From NCBI GenBank assembly GCA_963422365.1, contig OY729426.1:1184001-1248000 (forward strand): a stretch of DNA of 64,000 bases. Direction: 5' to 3'. Below, piece by piece: positions 19,597-30,651 of the stretch; within the stretch, counting starts at the first letter, position 1; each line of letters begins with the position of its first letter. A model generated the notes under the pieces. The model had not been told where the DNA came from. It saw only the letters and a list, made by a program, of their open reading frames with translations, and made no database searches. Both the position numbers and the translations under genes were made by a program. This DNA is from Nitrospirales bacterium. Lineage in GTDB: Bacteria; Nitrospirota; Nitrospiria; Nitrospirales; UBA8639.

Positions 19597-21320
19597 CAAT
19601 GAATCGGTCATTCATGAAGCAGGAATTCAATTTAGAGAAGGAGGGGGGCGGACGACGAGCCTTACTGGGCCTGTGTTTTCTCGTTGGATTCACCATTCTC
19701 CTCTTTCGTTTTTTTGATCTTCAGGTGCTTCAAGCAGAAATGATGACGAAAAAAGCTCGCCGTCAGCATGAGAAGACGATCACCCTTGATGCGAGCCGCG
19801 GTGCCATTTTCGATCGACAAGGGGAACCGTTGGCGTTAAATCTGGATGTGCCGTCAGTGTATGCCACTCCATCTTCCATTGACAGCCCGACACTCGTCGC
19901 TCGCCAACTCGCACAGGTGCTGGATATTCCTCGAGGATCTTTGGAAAAGCGATTACGGGCCAAACGAGAATTTGTTTGGATTAAACGGAAAATTGATGAC
20001 TCCCTTGTCGAACGTGTGAATGACCTTGCTCTCTCTGGGGTTGACACCCTCATTGAGGCACGTCGATTTTATCCCAAGGGGACATTGTTAGCGCACGTCC
20101 TTGGATTTGCGGGAATCGACAGTCAGGGCCTTGAGGGGCTCGAAAATGGATATGACGAACACCTTCGGGGCCAGGTGCGTCAGGTGGTGTTGCATCGAGA
20201 TGCGCTGGGTCGAGGCATCATTCCCGAAGGCCGGCGAAAGTCTCAGCCCCTTTCCGGAGATGCCATCTCTCTGACCATCGATGAAGTCATTCAATATATC
20301 GCGGAGCAAGCCCTGGAACAGGTCGTACAGGACACCAAGGCACAAGGTGGGGCCATTCTTGTCATGGATCCCAAAACTGGCGAGATGTTGGCTTGGGCCC
20401 TTCACCCCACGTTTGACCCGAATCATATCCAACAGGCGTCACCCGAGCAGTGGAGAAATCGGGCCGTGACCGATCCCTACGAGCCAGGATCGACCCTCAA
20501 AGTGGTGCTGGCCGCTGCTGCCTTGGAATTGAATTCTGTGCGCCCCGATACCCGTATTTATGCTGGGGATGGCGAGGTGCCGATTAGCGACACCGTTATT
20601 CATGACCACGAAAAAGCCGGATGGGTGACGTTTCGTGAAGCCATGCAACAATCCAGTAATGTGGTCTTCGTCAAAACGGCGGTGGCGTTGGGCAAGGAAC
20701 CGGTCTATCGGTTTTTGCAGGCATTCGGCTTTGGCGAAAGAACGGGCATCGATCTTCCTGGGGAATCGATTGGCATCTTGAAAAGACCGGATCAATGGAG
20801 TCAACGCAGCCTCCCCTCTTTGGCTATAGGGCAGGAAATTGCGGTCACGCCGTTGCAGCTTGTGACGGCCATGTCGGCTGTTGCCAACCAAGGATGGCTC
20901 ATGAGGCCGTTTCTGGTACGGGAAATTTTCGACCACCAGGGAAGAAGCGTCAGGGAGTACACTCCTCATATTCGTCGCCGTCCCATTAGTGCCGAGACGG
21001 CACAAACCCTCACGGATCTCTTGGTCAATGTGGTGGAACGAGGGACGGGAATGCGCGCGGCTATACCGGGCTATCGGGTGGCGGGTAAGACTGGAACGGC
21101 TCAGAAGTTTGATCCTGCAATAGGCACGTATTCATCCACCAAATCAGTGGGATCGTTTGTTGGATTTGTCCCGGCAGAGAATCCGCAATTAACCATATTG
21201 GTGATGATTGATGAACCGCAAGCCCCAGCTTGGGGAGGGGTGGTCGCGGCTCCGGTGTTTCGGCAGGTGGCGGAACAGGCGCTCCGATATTTAAACGTGG
21301 CTCCTGGCAAAGAAGCCTGA
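19593..21320 (+). CDS. ftsI: Division transpeptidase PBP3
   Basis: RGAIFDRQG, EPGSTLK, SSN, KTGTAQ. Confidence 0.95.
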   Translation: MTMNRSFMKQEFNLEKEGGGRRALLGLCFLVGFTILLFRFFDLQVLQAEMMTKKARRQHEKTITLDASRGAIFDRQGEPLALNLDVPSVYATPSSIDSPTLVARQLAQVLDIPRGSLEKRLRAKREFVWIKRKIDDSLVERVNDLALSGVDTLIEARRFYPKGTLLAHVLGFAGIDSQGLEGLENGYDEHLRGQVRQVVLHRDALGRGIIPEGRRKSQPLSGDAISLTIDEVIQYIAEQALEQVVQDTKAQGGAILVMDPKTGEMLAWALHPTFDPNHIQQASPEQWRNRAVTDPYEPGSTLKVVLAAAALELNSVRPDTRIYAGDGEVPISDTVIHDHEKAGWVTFREAMQQSSNVVFVKTAVALGKEPVYRFLQAFGFGERTGIDLPGESIGILKRPDQWSQRSLPSLAIGQEIAVTPLQLVTAMSAVANQGWLMRPFLVREIFDHQGRSVREYTPHIRRRPISAETAQTLTDLLVNVVERGTGMRAAIPGYRVAGKTGTAQKFDPAIGTYSSTKSVGSFVGFVPAENPQLTILVMIDEPQAPAWGGVVAAPVFRQVAEQALRYLNVAPGKEA

Positions 21321-21403
21321 ATGGCAGCGTCAGGTTCAAGGCTTGCACTCGACGTTGACAATCGGGGGGGGGCTGACTTCGACGGGTCTCAGCCAAACAG
21401 GGA

Positions 21404-22924
21404 ATGACGTTAGCGAAATTACTGCTGCCTCTGGAAATCGTCAGCACGACGGGCAACCTTGATGTGGAACTGTCCGGCATTACGGATGATTCGCGGGAAG
21501 TTGTCGAAGGGAGGTTGTTTGTGGCTGTCAAAGGGCAGCAGGTCGATGGGCATTCTTTTGTCGCCCAGGTATGTCGGCAACAGGTAGGGGGTGTTCTGGT
21601 TCAAGCTCCATTTCAGGCTCCGTCCTACGTCAAGAAAAAAGCCAGACCGGCTTGGGTTGAGGTCAGAGATTCAAGGAAGGCCCTCGGTCAGTTAGCCGCG
21701 CGGTTTTTTCAGAACCCCTCGCAGGCCTTAACCATGGTGGGAGTCACGGGGACTAATGGGAAAACCACGGTGGCGCATATGAGCCAGGCTGTCCTGGAAT
21801 ATGGCGGCTACCGAACGGGCCTCATGGGCACGGTGGGATACCGCGTTGGTGCCGAGTATCAGGCGGCCAGTCACACGACGCCGGGCGCCATTCCTCTGCA
21901 GGCGTTCTTGCATCGTATGGCGGAGGCGGAGATGGAGGCAGCGGTCTTGGAAGTCTCCTCGCACGCCCTCGCGTTGGACCGGGTCGAAGGCTGTGAATTT
22001 GACATTGTGGTCTTTACGAATTTGACCCAAGACCATTTGGATTTCCACGACACGATGGAGTCCTACTATCACGCGAAATTACGCCTCTTTCAAGAGTTTG
22101 CTGTCCCAACATCCAAAGCACAACCCAAACGAGCGATCATCAATGTCGACGATGCATGGGGTGTCCGATTGAAAGCCGAGACCTCGGTGCCGGTATGGAC
22201 CTATTCCCTTCTCCAGCGCGCGGACATTCACGCGACGGACATTGCGCTCTCTCTGGATGGCACCCGGTTTACCGCCCATACCCCACATGGTTCATTGGCT
22301 ATCCAGAGTCCCTTGGTCGGGAAACACAATGTGTCGAACCTCTTGGCGAGCATAGGCGTCGGTCTCGCGCGCGGAATGTCTCTGGATGCCGTTCGGCAGG
22401 GTATCCGGGGCTGTCAACCGGTGCCAGGGCGGTTTGAGCGCGTGGAGGCAGGACAAGACTTTTCGGTGATTGTGGATTATGCCCATACAGAAGATGCGTT
22501 GGTCCAACTCTTGGCCGCCGCACATGAACTTCGACGAGAGCGGATTCTTACGGTTTTTGGTTGCGGGGGGGATCGTGATCCTGGGAAGCGACCGAAAATG
22601 GGGCGGGTGGCTGCACAACACAGTGACGCAGTCTTTCTGACCTCGGATAACCCTCGTACCGAAGATCCTGAGGCGATTCTGCGCGATATTGAACAAGGGG
22701 TGCTGAGTCTTTCGGCGTCAGAACGCGGAGTGTCGCACATCATCCCTGATCGTCGAGCGGCCATTCGGGCGGCGCTTCTTGAAGCTCGGCCAGGCGACAT
22801 GGTGTTGATCGCCGGAAAAGGGCATGAAGATTATCAAGTCATTGGCGAGACGCGGCACCATTTTGATGATCGAAAAGCGGCTCGTGAACTGTTGGCGGGC
22901 TTGCCGAACAGTCGGAGGCGATAG
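21404..22924 (+). CDS. murE: UDP-MurNAc-tripeptide synthetase, meso-DAP type
   Basis: GTNGKTT, EVSSHAL, DYAHT, DNPR, GKGHE. Confidence 0.97.
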   Translation: MTLAKLLLPLEIVSTTGNLDVELSGITDDSREVVEGRLFVAVKGQQVDGHSFVAQVCRQQVGGVLVQAPFQAPSYVKKKARPAWVEVRDSRKALGQLAARFFQNPSQALTMVGVTGTNGKTTVAHMSQAVLEYGGYRTGLMGTVGYRVGAEYQAASHTTPGAIPLQAFLHRMAEAEMEAAVLEVSSHALALDRVEGCEFDIVVFTNLTQDHLDFHDTMESYYHAKLRLFQEFAVPTSKAQPKRAIINVDDAWGVRLKAETSVPVWTYSLLQRADIHATDIALSLDGTRFTAHTPHGSLAIQSPLVGKHNVSNLLASIGVGLARGMSLDAVRQGIRGCQPVPGRFERVEAGQDFSVIVDYAHTEDALVQLLAAAHELRRERILTVFGCGGDRDPGKRPKMGRVAAQHSDAVFLTSDNPRTEDPEAILRDIEQGVLSLSASERGVSHIIPDRRAAIRAALLEARPGDMVLIAGKGHEDYQVIGETRHHFDDRKAARELLAGLPNSRRR

Positions 22925-22935
22925 GTTCCACGACG

Positions 22936-24378
22936 ATGTCGATGTTTACAGGAGAGGAAGTGCTGGCTGCAACGGGGGGAACAGTACTGAGAGGCACGAC
23001 GGGTTGTCGGATCCGACGGATTTGTACTGATTCCCGAAGGGTGCGCAAAGGTGATTTGTTTGTCGCATTGAAAGGCGCACGGTTTGATGGGCATCAGTTT
23101 ATTGAGGAGGTCGTAACTTGTGGGTCGAGGGGGGTCATTCTTGAAGCTCTTCCGCACAATGTGAAGGTCGGGAAAACAATCTCTGCGCGCCGGTCCACCC
23201 TCTCCGAACCCTTAGTTGTCAAGGTCAAAGATTCGTTGAGAGCGTATCAGGACCTTGCGACCTTTCACCGAAAGCGTTTTGACATTCCGGTCATTGCGGT
23301 GACGGGGAGTAATGGCAAAACCACCACAAAGGAGATGGTCGCAAAAATGCTTTCGCAGCGCTGGCGTCTTAGGAAAACACCCGGCAATTTGAACAATCGA
23401 ATCGGGCTGCCGCACACGGTTCTTGGGTTGACCGCATCCCACCAAGTGGCGGTGCTGGAATTCGGGGTGGATGCCGAAGGTCAAACCACACGGTTGGCGG
23501 AAATCGCCCAGCCGACTGTCGGTCTCATTACGAACGTCGGAAATGACCATTTAGAATTCTTTGGAAATGTGGACGGATCTGTTCGTGCAAAAGCCGAATT
23601 GTTGGCCAATCTTCTTCATGATGGCACCATCATTTTGAATGCCGATGACCCGTATTACGATTTTTTTCGACGCCGGGCCCGCTGTTCAGTGGTCTCTTTC
23701 GGATTACAGGATCACGCGGATATTCGCGGGAGTCATATTCGGCAGCAGGGGGCACGAACCGAATTTCGTCTCCATATGACTGGACGGCAACGATCTCATC
23801 GGCTGTCTCTCCATGCGCCTGGGACCCATAATGTGTTGAATGCCCTGGCCGCGATTGCGGTGGGTCACGTCTTGGGGCTGTCGGTCGCAAAAATGGCAAC
23901 CGGCTTGAGACGATTTCGTCCAGTGGCTATGAGGTCTCACGTCTCTTTTTGGCAGGGTATCAGCGTGATTCAGGATTGCTATAACGCCAACCCGGATTCC
24001 ATGAAAGCGGCCGTGACGCTGTTAACGGAATTCGGTGCCGGCCACCGGACCATTGCCGTGCTTGGGGATATGTTGGAGTTGGGAACGGAGACGCAGAAAC
24101 TTCACAGAGAAGTCGGCGCCTTTATCGCCGACAGCCACATTTCATTTTTGATTGCTTGTGGGGCATTCGGCAAGGAGTTGGCTCACGGGGCCTCTGCGGA
24201 GGGTATGCCCCCATCACGGATTTTCGAAGTTCAACGTGTCGGCGATGCGGCACGGGTCCTCAAGAAGCTGGTGGAACCTGGAGATGTCGTGTTACTCAAA
24301 GCCTCCAGAGCCATGCGGTTCGAGGGCCTGGTGGAGGAACTCGCACGCCGCTATCAGCCAACAAACAGACAGCGATAG
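22936..24378 (+). CDS. murF: UDP-MurNAc-pentapeptide ligase
   Basis: GSNGKTTTKE, NNRIG, DCYNANPDSM, GDMLELG, KASR. Confidence 0.97.
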   Translation: MSMFTGEEVLAATGGTVLRGTTGCRIRRICTDSRRVRKGDLFVALKGARFDGHQFIEEVVTCGSRGVILEALPHNVKVGKTISARRSTLSEPLVVKVKDSLRAYQDLATFHRKRFDIPVIAVTGSNGKTTTKEMVAKMLSQRWRLRKTPGNLNNRIGLPHTVLGLTASHQVAVLEFGVDAEGQTTRLAEIAQPTVGLITNVGNDHLEFFGNVDGSVRAKAELLANLLHDGTIILNADDPYYDFFRRRARCSVVSFGLQDHADIRGSHIRQQGARTEFRLHMTGRQRSHRLSLHAPGTHNVLNALAAIAVGHVLGLSVAKMATGLRRFRPVAMRSHVSFWQGISVIQDCYNANPDSMKAAVTLLTEFGAGHRTIAVLGDMLELGTETQKLHREVGAFIADSHISFLIACGAFGKELAHGASAEGMPPSRIFEVQRVGDAARVLKKLVEPGDVVLLKASRAMRFEGLVEELARRYQPTNRQR

Positions 24379-24388
24379 GACAAGGCGT

Positions 24389-25465
24389 ATGTTGTATCTG
24401 TGGCTCTACCCGCTACACACGGACATCGCGATCTTCAATGTGTTTCGGTATTTGAGCTTTCGCATCATTTACGCGGCCCTGACTGCTTTTGTCATCGCGT
24501 TTGTCCTGGCTCCACCCATGATTAAAAAATTGCAAGATCTCCGATTGGGACAACGGATCCGAGAAGAGGGGCCGCGCCACCATCTGGCTAAAAAAGGAAC
24601 CCCTACCATGGGGGGTATTCTCATTATTTTTGCCGTGTTGCTGTCAACGCTGTTGTGGGCGGATGTGAGCAATCTCTACGTTTGGCTCGTCATATTGTCC
24701 ATCGTGGGGTTTGGGCTTGTCGGGTTTATCGATGACTACATGAAAATTTTTCGGGGACGCTCGGAGGGGTTGACCGTTATCCAAAAGCTCGTGGCGCAAA
24801 CAGGCATTGCCTTAGGAATCGGTCTGTTTTTTTATGCCTCTCCCGGGTATTCGACAGAACTCAACGTTCCGTTTTTCAAAGCGCTTATGCCCGACTTAGG
24901 GATGCTCTATATTCCGTTCGCCGTCTTGGTGATTGTGGGCTGCTCCAATGCCGTGAATTTGACGGACGGGTTGGATGGGTTGGCGATTGGCCCGGTCATG
25001 GTGGCGTCGATGGTGTATGCCGTGGTGGCCTATGCCGCCGGGAATACCGTGGTGTCGGACTATTTGTTGATTCCGTACATCGAAGGGGCCGGGGAATTAG
25101 CCGTCCTGATGGCGGCCGTCTTTGGATCCAGCCTCGGGTTCCTTTGGTTCAATACGTACCCTGCGTCGGTGTTCATGGGGGATGTCGGTTCCTTACCCCT
25201 TGGCGCGGCCTTGGGAACGGTCGCCGTGGTCAGTAAGCATGAGTTATTGCTGGTCTTGGTTGGCGGTGTGTTTGTCATGGAGGCGGGGTCTGTCCTCTTT
25301 CAGGTGCTGTTGTTTAAGACGCGAAGGAAACGAATTTTTTTGATGGCGCCCATTCATCATCATTTTGAGATGAAAGGATGGGAGGAACCCAAAGTCGTGG
25401 TTCGATTATGGATTATGGCTATTCTCCTCAGTCTCTTAAGCCTCAGCACCTTAAAGCTTCGTTAG
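24389..25465 (+). CDS. mraY: Phospho-N-acetylmuramoyl-pentapeptide transferase
   Basis: KKGTPTMGG, NAVNLTDGLDGL, FMGDVGS, APIHHHFE; true start MLYLWL at 24389. Confidence 0.97.
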   Translation: MLYLWLYPLHTDIAIFNVFRYLSFRIIYAALTAFVIAFVLAPPMIKKLQDLRLGQRIREEGPRHHLAKKGTPTMGGILIIFAVLLSTLLWADVSNLYVWLVILSIVGFGLVGFIDDYMKIFRGRSEGLTVIQKLVAQTGIALGIGLFFYASPGYSTELNVPFFKALMPDLGMLYIPFAVLVIVGCSNAVNLTDGLDGLAIGPVMVASMVYAVVAYAAGNTVVSDYLLIPYIEGAGELAVLMAAVFGSSLGFLWFNTYPASVFMGDVGSLPLGAALGTVAVVSKHELLLVLVGGVFVMEAGSVLFQVLLFKTRRKRIFLMAPIHHHFEMKGWEEPKVVVRLWIMAILLSLLSLSTLKLR

Positions 25466-25469
25466 TCCT

Positions 25470-26927
25470 ATGCTTCTGATGTTGGAGGAAATGTCTCAAC
25501 GGATGCATCGCACGTCAAGGGATCCACGCACCTGGATACAAAATCTTCCAGGGCACTCCGTGGCTGTGGTCGGGGCCGGCAACAGCGGCGTGGCCGCGGT
25601 GCAGTTGCTGGTCGCGCTCGGAGCTGAGGTGGCGTTGGTCGATCATAAGCCTGAAACGGAATGGGCAACGAGGGTTTCAGATTTGCAAACGGCGCGCGTG
25701 CGCCTGTTTGGCGGAGAACGATTTGAGAAGGGCCTGGAAGCCGTTGATCTGGTGATTGTGAGTCCTGGAGTACCTTTGGTCCTGAAGGCGTTCGACGCCG
25801 TGCGTCAGCGAGGCGTTCCCATTGTCGGAGAAGTCGAATTGGCCTCATGGCTATTTTCCATCCCTGTCATTGGCGTCACCGGAACGAATGGAAAAAGCAC
25901 CGTCGTGTCACTGATTGGAAAACTCTTGCAGGAATGCGGGTCCACGCCTTTTGTCGGCGGAAACCTGGGGCCACCATTAACGAAAGCTGCCTTAGCCATC
26001 CGCCAACACGCCTGTTTGGGCCTGAAGGATCCTGCTCCCTTTCATGAGATTGTCGCAGAGTTGTCGAGTTTTCAATTAGAAACGATTGCGTGGTTTCATC
26101 CGCACGTCGCGGTGATGCTCAATATCACCCCAGATCACCTGGATCGCCATCCAAGTTTTGCTGAATACGCAAGGGCCAAGGCCAAGATTTTTCAAAATCA
26201 GACCGCAGAGGACTTTGCCGTTCTGAATGCCGATGAGTCGCAACTCTGGAACGTTCGAGATTCGCGGCGAGGGCAGCTCATCGAATTTAGCATGATGAAG
26301 GAAGTGCCCAATGGAGTGTGGATGGCTGGTGAAACGATTGTGAGTCGATGGAAGGGGCAGCAAGAAGACCTGATGCCGGTGAACGAAATTCCTCTTGTGG
26401 GGGATCACAATGTGTCCAATGTCCTCGCCGCCCTTGCCGTTGGCTTGGTCAGTGGCTGTTCTCGGGACGGCATGAGACGGGCCGTCCGATCGTTTCGGGG
26501 GTTAGCCCACGTCTGTGAAGTCGTGCGTGAGCGACGAGGCGTGACGTTTATCAATGATTCCAAGGGGACGAATGTCGATGCCACGCTGAAAGCCATCAAC
26601 AGTCTTCGGCAGCCTTTTGTCATTATTCTGGGTGGAAAAGATAAGGGAAGGAGCGATTTTCGTCGCTTGAAAGACCCGCTCAAGCCGGGGGTCAAACACT
26701 GTATCGTGTTGGGCGAGTCGGCAGAAACCATTGCTCAAGCCATTGAAGGCGTGGGGTCGATCAGCCGCACGTCCTCCTTGGCTGAGGGGGTGACTCTCTC
26801 TGCGGACATCGCAACACCGGGTGATGCCGTGTTGTTTTCCCCTGCCTGTGCCAGTTTTGACATGTTTCAGGATTCTCGCGATCGCGGTCAACAATTTTGT
26901 GATCTTGTGAATGCCTTAGTTGACTGA
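25470..26927 (+). CDS. murD: UDP-MurNAc-L-Ala--D-Glu ligase
   Basis: GTNGKST, ELSSFQL, NDSKGTN, SPACASFD. Confidence 0.96.
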   Translation: MLLMLEEMSQRMHRTSRDPRTWIQNLPGHSVAVVGAGNSGVAAVQLLVALGAEVALVDHKPETEWATRVSDLQTARVRLFGGERFEKGLEAVDLVIVSPGVPLVLKAFDAVRQRGVPIVGEVELASWLFSIPVIGVTGTNGKSTVVSLIGKLLQECGSTPFVGGNLGPPLTKAALAIRQHACLGLKDPAPFHEIVAELSSFQLETIAWFHPHVAVMLNITPDHLDRHPSFAEYARAKAKIFQNQTAEDFAVLNADESQLWNVRDSRRGQLIEFSMMKEVPNGVWMAGETIVSRWKGQQEDLMPVNEIPLVGDHNVSNVLAALAVGLVSGCSRDGMRRAVRSFRGLAHVCEVVRERRGVTFINDSKGTNVDATLKAINSLRQPFVIILGGKDKGRSDFRRLKDPLKPGVKHCIVLGESAETIAQAIEGVGSISRTSSLAEGVTLSADIATPGDAVLFSPACASFDMFQDSRDRGQQFCDLVNALVD

Positions 26928-26945
26928 CGCAGAAGGGAATCTACT

Positions 26946-28133
26946 ATGCGGCACGCTCGTGGTAACAAATTACAGCTCTCATTAGAATTGAGTACCGACG
27001 CCGACAGGCCCGCTTCTCGTCCCATGGATCGGACTGTCCTGATCGTGACGTACGTGTTGGCCATCATTGGGCTGATTATCATGTTTAGCGCAAGTGGCGT
27101 GATGGCGGAAACACGTTACGGAGATTCAACTTTTTTTCTGAAACGTCAAAGCCTGTGGCTTCTGCTGGGGCTCGGGGCCCTGCATTGGGTAGCCCAACGG
27201 GATTACAACATGTGGAAAACCCTCACACCGTATGTCTTGGTACTGGTCTTCGTGCTGTTGGTCGTCGTGCTGATCCCCCTGCTGGGCACTCAAGTGAATG
27301 GTGCGCGTCGGTGGCTTCGCCTTTCGTGGGTCTCCATTCAACCTGGAGAACTCGCCAAACTGTCCATCGTGTTGTACCTGTCTTCGTTTCTCGTCAGGAA
27401 AAAGCGGGACATCACCACCTTCAGTCGTGGAGTGCTGCCTCCTGTTACGGTCGTCGGGATGTTTGCGGGGTTGGCCTTGCTCGAACCCGATATGGGAACG
27501 GCCGTGGTGCTGACATTGCTTTTGTTCGGTCTGCTGTTTTTAGGCGGTGCCAGGCTTCCTCATCTTTTTGGCACAGGCGTGATCCTCCTCGCCGCGTGGT
27601 ACATGTTGATCATGCAGTCCGGTTATCGTCGTCGTCGGCTGTTGAATTTTTTAGACCCCTGGCAAGATCCGGCCGATGCCGGGTTTCAACTCACTCAATC
27701 GTTTGTCGCATTAGGGCATGGCGGGTTCTTCGGCGTGGGGTTGGGCGAAGGATGGCAAAAACGGCTTTTTCTCCCTGAAGTGCATACGGATTTTGTTCTG
27801 GCGCTGGTTGGGGAAGAGCTCGGGTTTGCCGGTACGGGGTCACTGATCGGATTATTTGCGGTCCTTATCGTCAAAGGGTTCCAAATTGCAGGACGGGCAC
27901 CTGATGCCCTTGGGTACCATTTGGCCTGTGGGGTGACCTTGTTGGTGGGGATCCAGGTGCTCATCAATATGAGCGTGGTGTCCGGTCTGCTGCCGACTAA
28001 AGGGTTAACGCTGCCTTTCGTGAGTTATGGGGGGTCTTCGTTAATCGTGAATCTGGTGGGCATTGGCATTCTGTTGAGCATTTCTCGGGCAGCCCCTAGA
28101 GGCCGGCCCGCTTCTTCGTTCGGGATGGCATGA
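26946..28133 (+). CDS. ftsW: SEDS glycosyltransferase FtsW
   Basis: GARRW, QPGELAK, EPDMGT, LPEVHTDF, PFVSYGGSS. Confidence 0.96.
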   Translation: MRHARGNKLQLSLELSTDADRPASRPMDRTVLIVTYVLAIIGLIIMFSASGVMAETRYGDSTFFLKRQSLWLLLGLGALHWVAQRDYNMWKTLTPYVLVLVFVLLVVVLIPLLGTQVNGARRWLRLSWVSIQPGELAKLSIVLYLSSFLVRKKRDITTFSRGVLPPVTVVGMFAGLALLEPDMGTAVVLTLLLFGLLFLGGARLPHLFGTGVILLAAWYMLIMQSGYRRRRLLNFLDPWQDPADAGFQLTQSFVALGHGGFFGVGLGEGWQKRLFLPEVHTDFVLALVGEELGFAGTGSLIGLFAVLIVKGFQIAGRAPDALGYHLACGVTLLVGIQVLINMSVVSGLLPTKGLTLPFVSYGGSSLIVNLVGIGILLSISRAAPRGRPASSFGMA

Positions 28134-29230
28134 ACGTGGTGATCGCAGCAGGTGGCACGGGAGGACATTTTTATCCGGCGCTCGCATTAGCCGAAGAGTT
28201 TTGTCGTCAAGCGTCCGATACGTCTGTGACGTTGGTGGGGACGGGTCGCGCTCTCGAGCACACGATGATGGCTGACGCACAATGGCAGATGGAAACCCTG
28301 CGAGTGCAGGGGGTAGTGGGGCGAGGCATGCCGTCTTCGGTCAAGGCGCTTCTGTTAATCCCCGTGGCGGTTTGGCGATGCCTCCGCTTGTTGCGTGCCT
28401 CCAAAGCGGATCTCGTCGTGGGAACCGGTGGCTATACGAGTCCGCCAGTGGTCTTCGCGGCTTCGCTGTTGGGAATTCCACGAGCCCTCCTGGAACTGAA
28501 CGCGATCCCGGGAATGGCGAACCGCGTGTTAGGGCCCTTGGCCAATCGGATTTTTCTCTCGTTCGAACGTGCCGCGCCGTATTTTCATGCCGACAAGGTC
28601 GCTGTTGTGGGAACCCCGCTGCGAAGGGCCTTTGTTGCTCCGCCACCGTGCCTTGGATCAGGCCGGATCAACACCATGTTGGTCTGTGGCGGTAGTCAAG
28701 GAGCCCAAGTCATGAACTCCATTGTTCTCGAAGCGGTTCAGGCCTCTTCGCTCATTCGGAGCCAAGTCAACGTGATTCATCAGTCAGGGGTGAACGACTT
28801 CGATCGTGTTTCTCAAGCGTATCGCAACATGGCGGTGAAGGCGGAAGTGGTTCCTTTTATCAAGGATATGCCACAGACGCTTCGCCAAGCGGATTTTGTG
28901 ATTTGTCGATGTGGATCCTTGACATTGGCAGAAATCGCCGCCTGTGCCAAACCCTCGATCCTCATTCCTTTTCCTCAGGCGGCGCACCATCATCAAGAAT
29001 CCAATGCCCGAGTCGTGGAGCAAGCGGGGGCAGGGATTGTGTTGCTTCAGCCTGCTCTCACCGGAGCCAGGTTGGCTGAAGCAATTGAGGGGGTGATTCA
29101 CCACCCAGACCGTGTTCGACATATGGCAGAACAGAGTCTGCGTTTGCGAAACAGGGATTCGGCCGAGGCCATGGTGCACGAATGCTATCGGTTATTGAGG
29201 AAAAGTCCCTCTGAACGTTCACGGGCATGA
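28130..29230 (+). CDS. murG: Lipid II GlcNAc transferase
   Basis: GGTGGHFYP, GGY, GGSQGA, HQESNA. Confidence 0.96.
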   Translation: MNVVIAAGGTGGHFYPALALAEEFCRQASDTSVTLVGTGRALEHTMMADAQWQMETLRVQGVVGRGMPSSVKALLLIPVAVWRCLRLLRASKADLVVGTGGYTSPPVVFAASLLGIPRALLELNAIPGMANRVLGPLANRIFLSFERAAPYFHADKVAVVGTPLRRAFVAPPPCLGSGRINTMLVCGGSQGAQVMNSIVLEAVQASSLIRSQVNVIHQSGVNDFDRVSQAYRNMAVKAEVVPFIKDMPQTLRQADFVICRCGSLTLAEIAACAKPSILIPFPQAAHHHQESNARVVEQAGAGIVLLQPALTGARLAEAIEGVIHHPDRVRHMAEQSLRLRNRDSAEAMVHECYRLLRKSPSERSRA

Positions 29231-29239
29231 TGACAAACG

Positions 29240-30619
29240 GTGTTTAGAAAGATTCAGCATATCCATCTCGTGGGGATTGGCGGGAGTGGGATGAGCGGGA
29301 TTGCCGAGGTCTTGTTAACGCTGGGCTATCATGTCACGGGATCTGATGTTGCCCCGTCGGACAATACGCGTCGGTTGGAAACCTTAGGGGGAATCATTTC
29401 CATTGGGCATGATGCCTCTCATGTGGAAGGTGCGCAGGTGGTGGTGATCTCCTCAGCCGTTCAGGCGTCAAATCCTGAAGTGGTGGAGGCGAAAAAGAAC
29501 GTCGTGCCGGTGATTCCTCGAGCCGAAATGCTGGCTGAACTCATGCGGCTCAAGTTCGGCGTGGCGATTGCCGGTGCTCATGGCAAAACCACGACGACTT
29601 CTATTGTCGCGTCGGTGTTGGCTCATGCCGGCCTCGATCCGACTTTCGTGGTTGGAGGGAAGGTGAATGCCATGGGCACCCATGCCAGATTGGGGCGAAG
29701 TGATTTGCTCATTGCCGAGGCTGATGAAAGTGACGGGTCGTTCCTTCGACTGTCCCCTGCGATTGCGGTGGTGACGAATATCGATCGAGAGCATATCGAC
29801 CACTATCAATCCATGGATCGGCTGAAAGCGGCCTTTGTGGAATTCGTCAATAAAATTCCTTTTTATGGGGTGGCCATTCTGTGCGCGGATGACGTGCATC
29901 TTCGAGCGATGCTGCCTCAGATCCAGAAGCGATATGTGACCTATGGCCGTGAAGGGTCCTCCGACGCCTCTCTCCCTGACTTGCGTGCGACGGATATCGT
30001 CATCAAGGGACGGACCACGAATTTTCGCGTTCAATTTCGCGGACAGAAATTAGGCCCCTTTCGACTCAAGATTCCTGGCGTCCACAACGTGTCCAATGCG
30101 TTGGCCGCAATCGGGGTTGGCTTGGAACTCGATGTCTCGCTGGATTTGATTCGCACTGGCGTTGCCTCGTTTTCTGGCGTCGAACGACGATTTCATATCC
30201 GGGGAGAAAAAGGGGGTATGGTGGTCGTGGACGATTACGGCCATCACCCGACGGAAATCCGTTTGACCCTGGCGGCGGCCAGGGCCGTCTGGTCGGGGCG
30301 ATTGGTGGTGATCTTTCAGCCTCATCGGTATAGCCGCACACACGATCTTTTGGATGACTTTGCGAAAGCATTTAAGCAAGCGGATATCGTGTACGTGACG
30401 CCGATTTATGCGGCGGGAGAAGATGCGATTGAAGGCGTGTCCGGTGAAATCCTGGCTGAACGCATTCGGGCGACGGGACATCCGGCGGTCCATTGGGTGG
30501 AGAAAAAAGACGCGTTGATCAGTCGACTGATCGCGGAACTTCTATCAGAGGATACGGTGTTCACTCTGGGTGCCGGAGACATTTGGAAGGTGGGCGTCGA
30601 ACTGTTGGAGTCCTTGTGA
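29240..30619 (+). CDS. murC: UDP-MurNAc--L-Ala ligase
   Basis: GIGGSGMSG, GAHGKTTT, EADESD, DDYGHHPTE. Confidence 0.97.
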   Translation: MFRKIQHIHLVGIGGSGMSGIAEVLLTLGYHVTGSDVAPSDNTRRLETLGGIISIGHDASHVEGAQVVVISSAVQASNPEVVEAKKNVVPVIPRAEMLAELMRLKFGVAIAGAHGKTTTTSIVASVLAHAGLDPTFVVGGKVNAMGTHARLGRSDLLIAEADESDGSFLRLSPAIAVVTNIDREHIDHYQSMDRLKAAFVEFVNKIPFYGVAILCADDVHLRAMLPQIQKRYVTYGREGSSDASLPDLRATDIVIKGRTTNFRVQFRGQKLGPFRLKIPGVHNVSNALAAIGVGLELDVSLDLIRTGVASFSGVERRFHIRGEKGGMVVVDDYGHHPTEIRLTLAAARAVWSGRLVVIFQPHRYSRTHDLLDDFAKAFKQADIVYVTPIYAAGEDAIEGVSGEILAERIRATGHPAVHWVEKKDALISRLIAELLSEDTVFTLGAGDIWKVGVELLESL

Positions 30620-30651
30620 GCCTGTGGAGCAGACTGCCAGGGGCGGGAGAC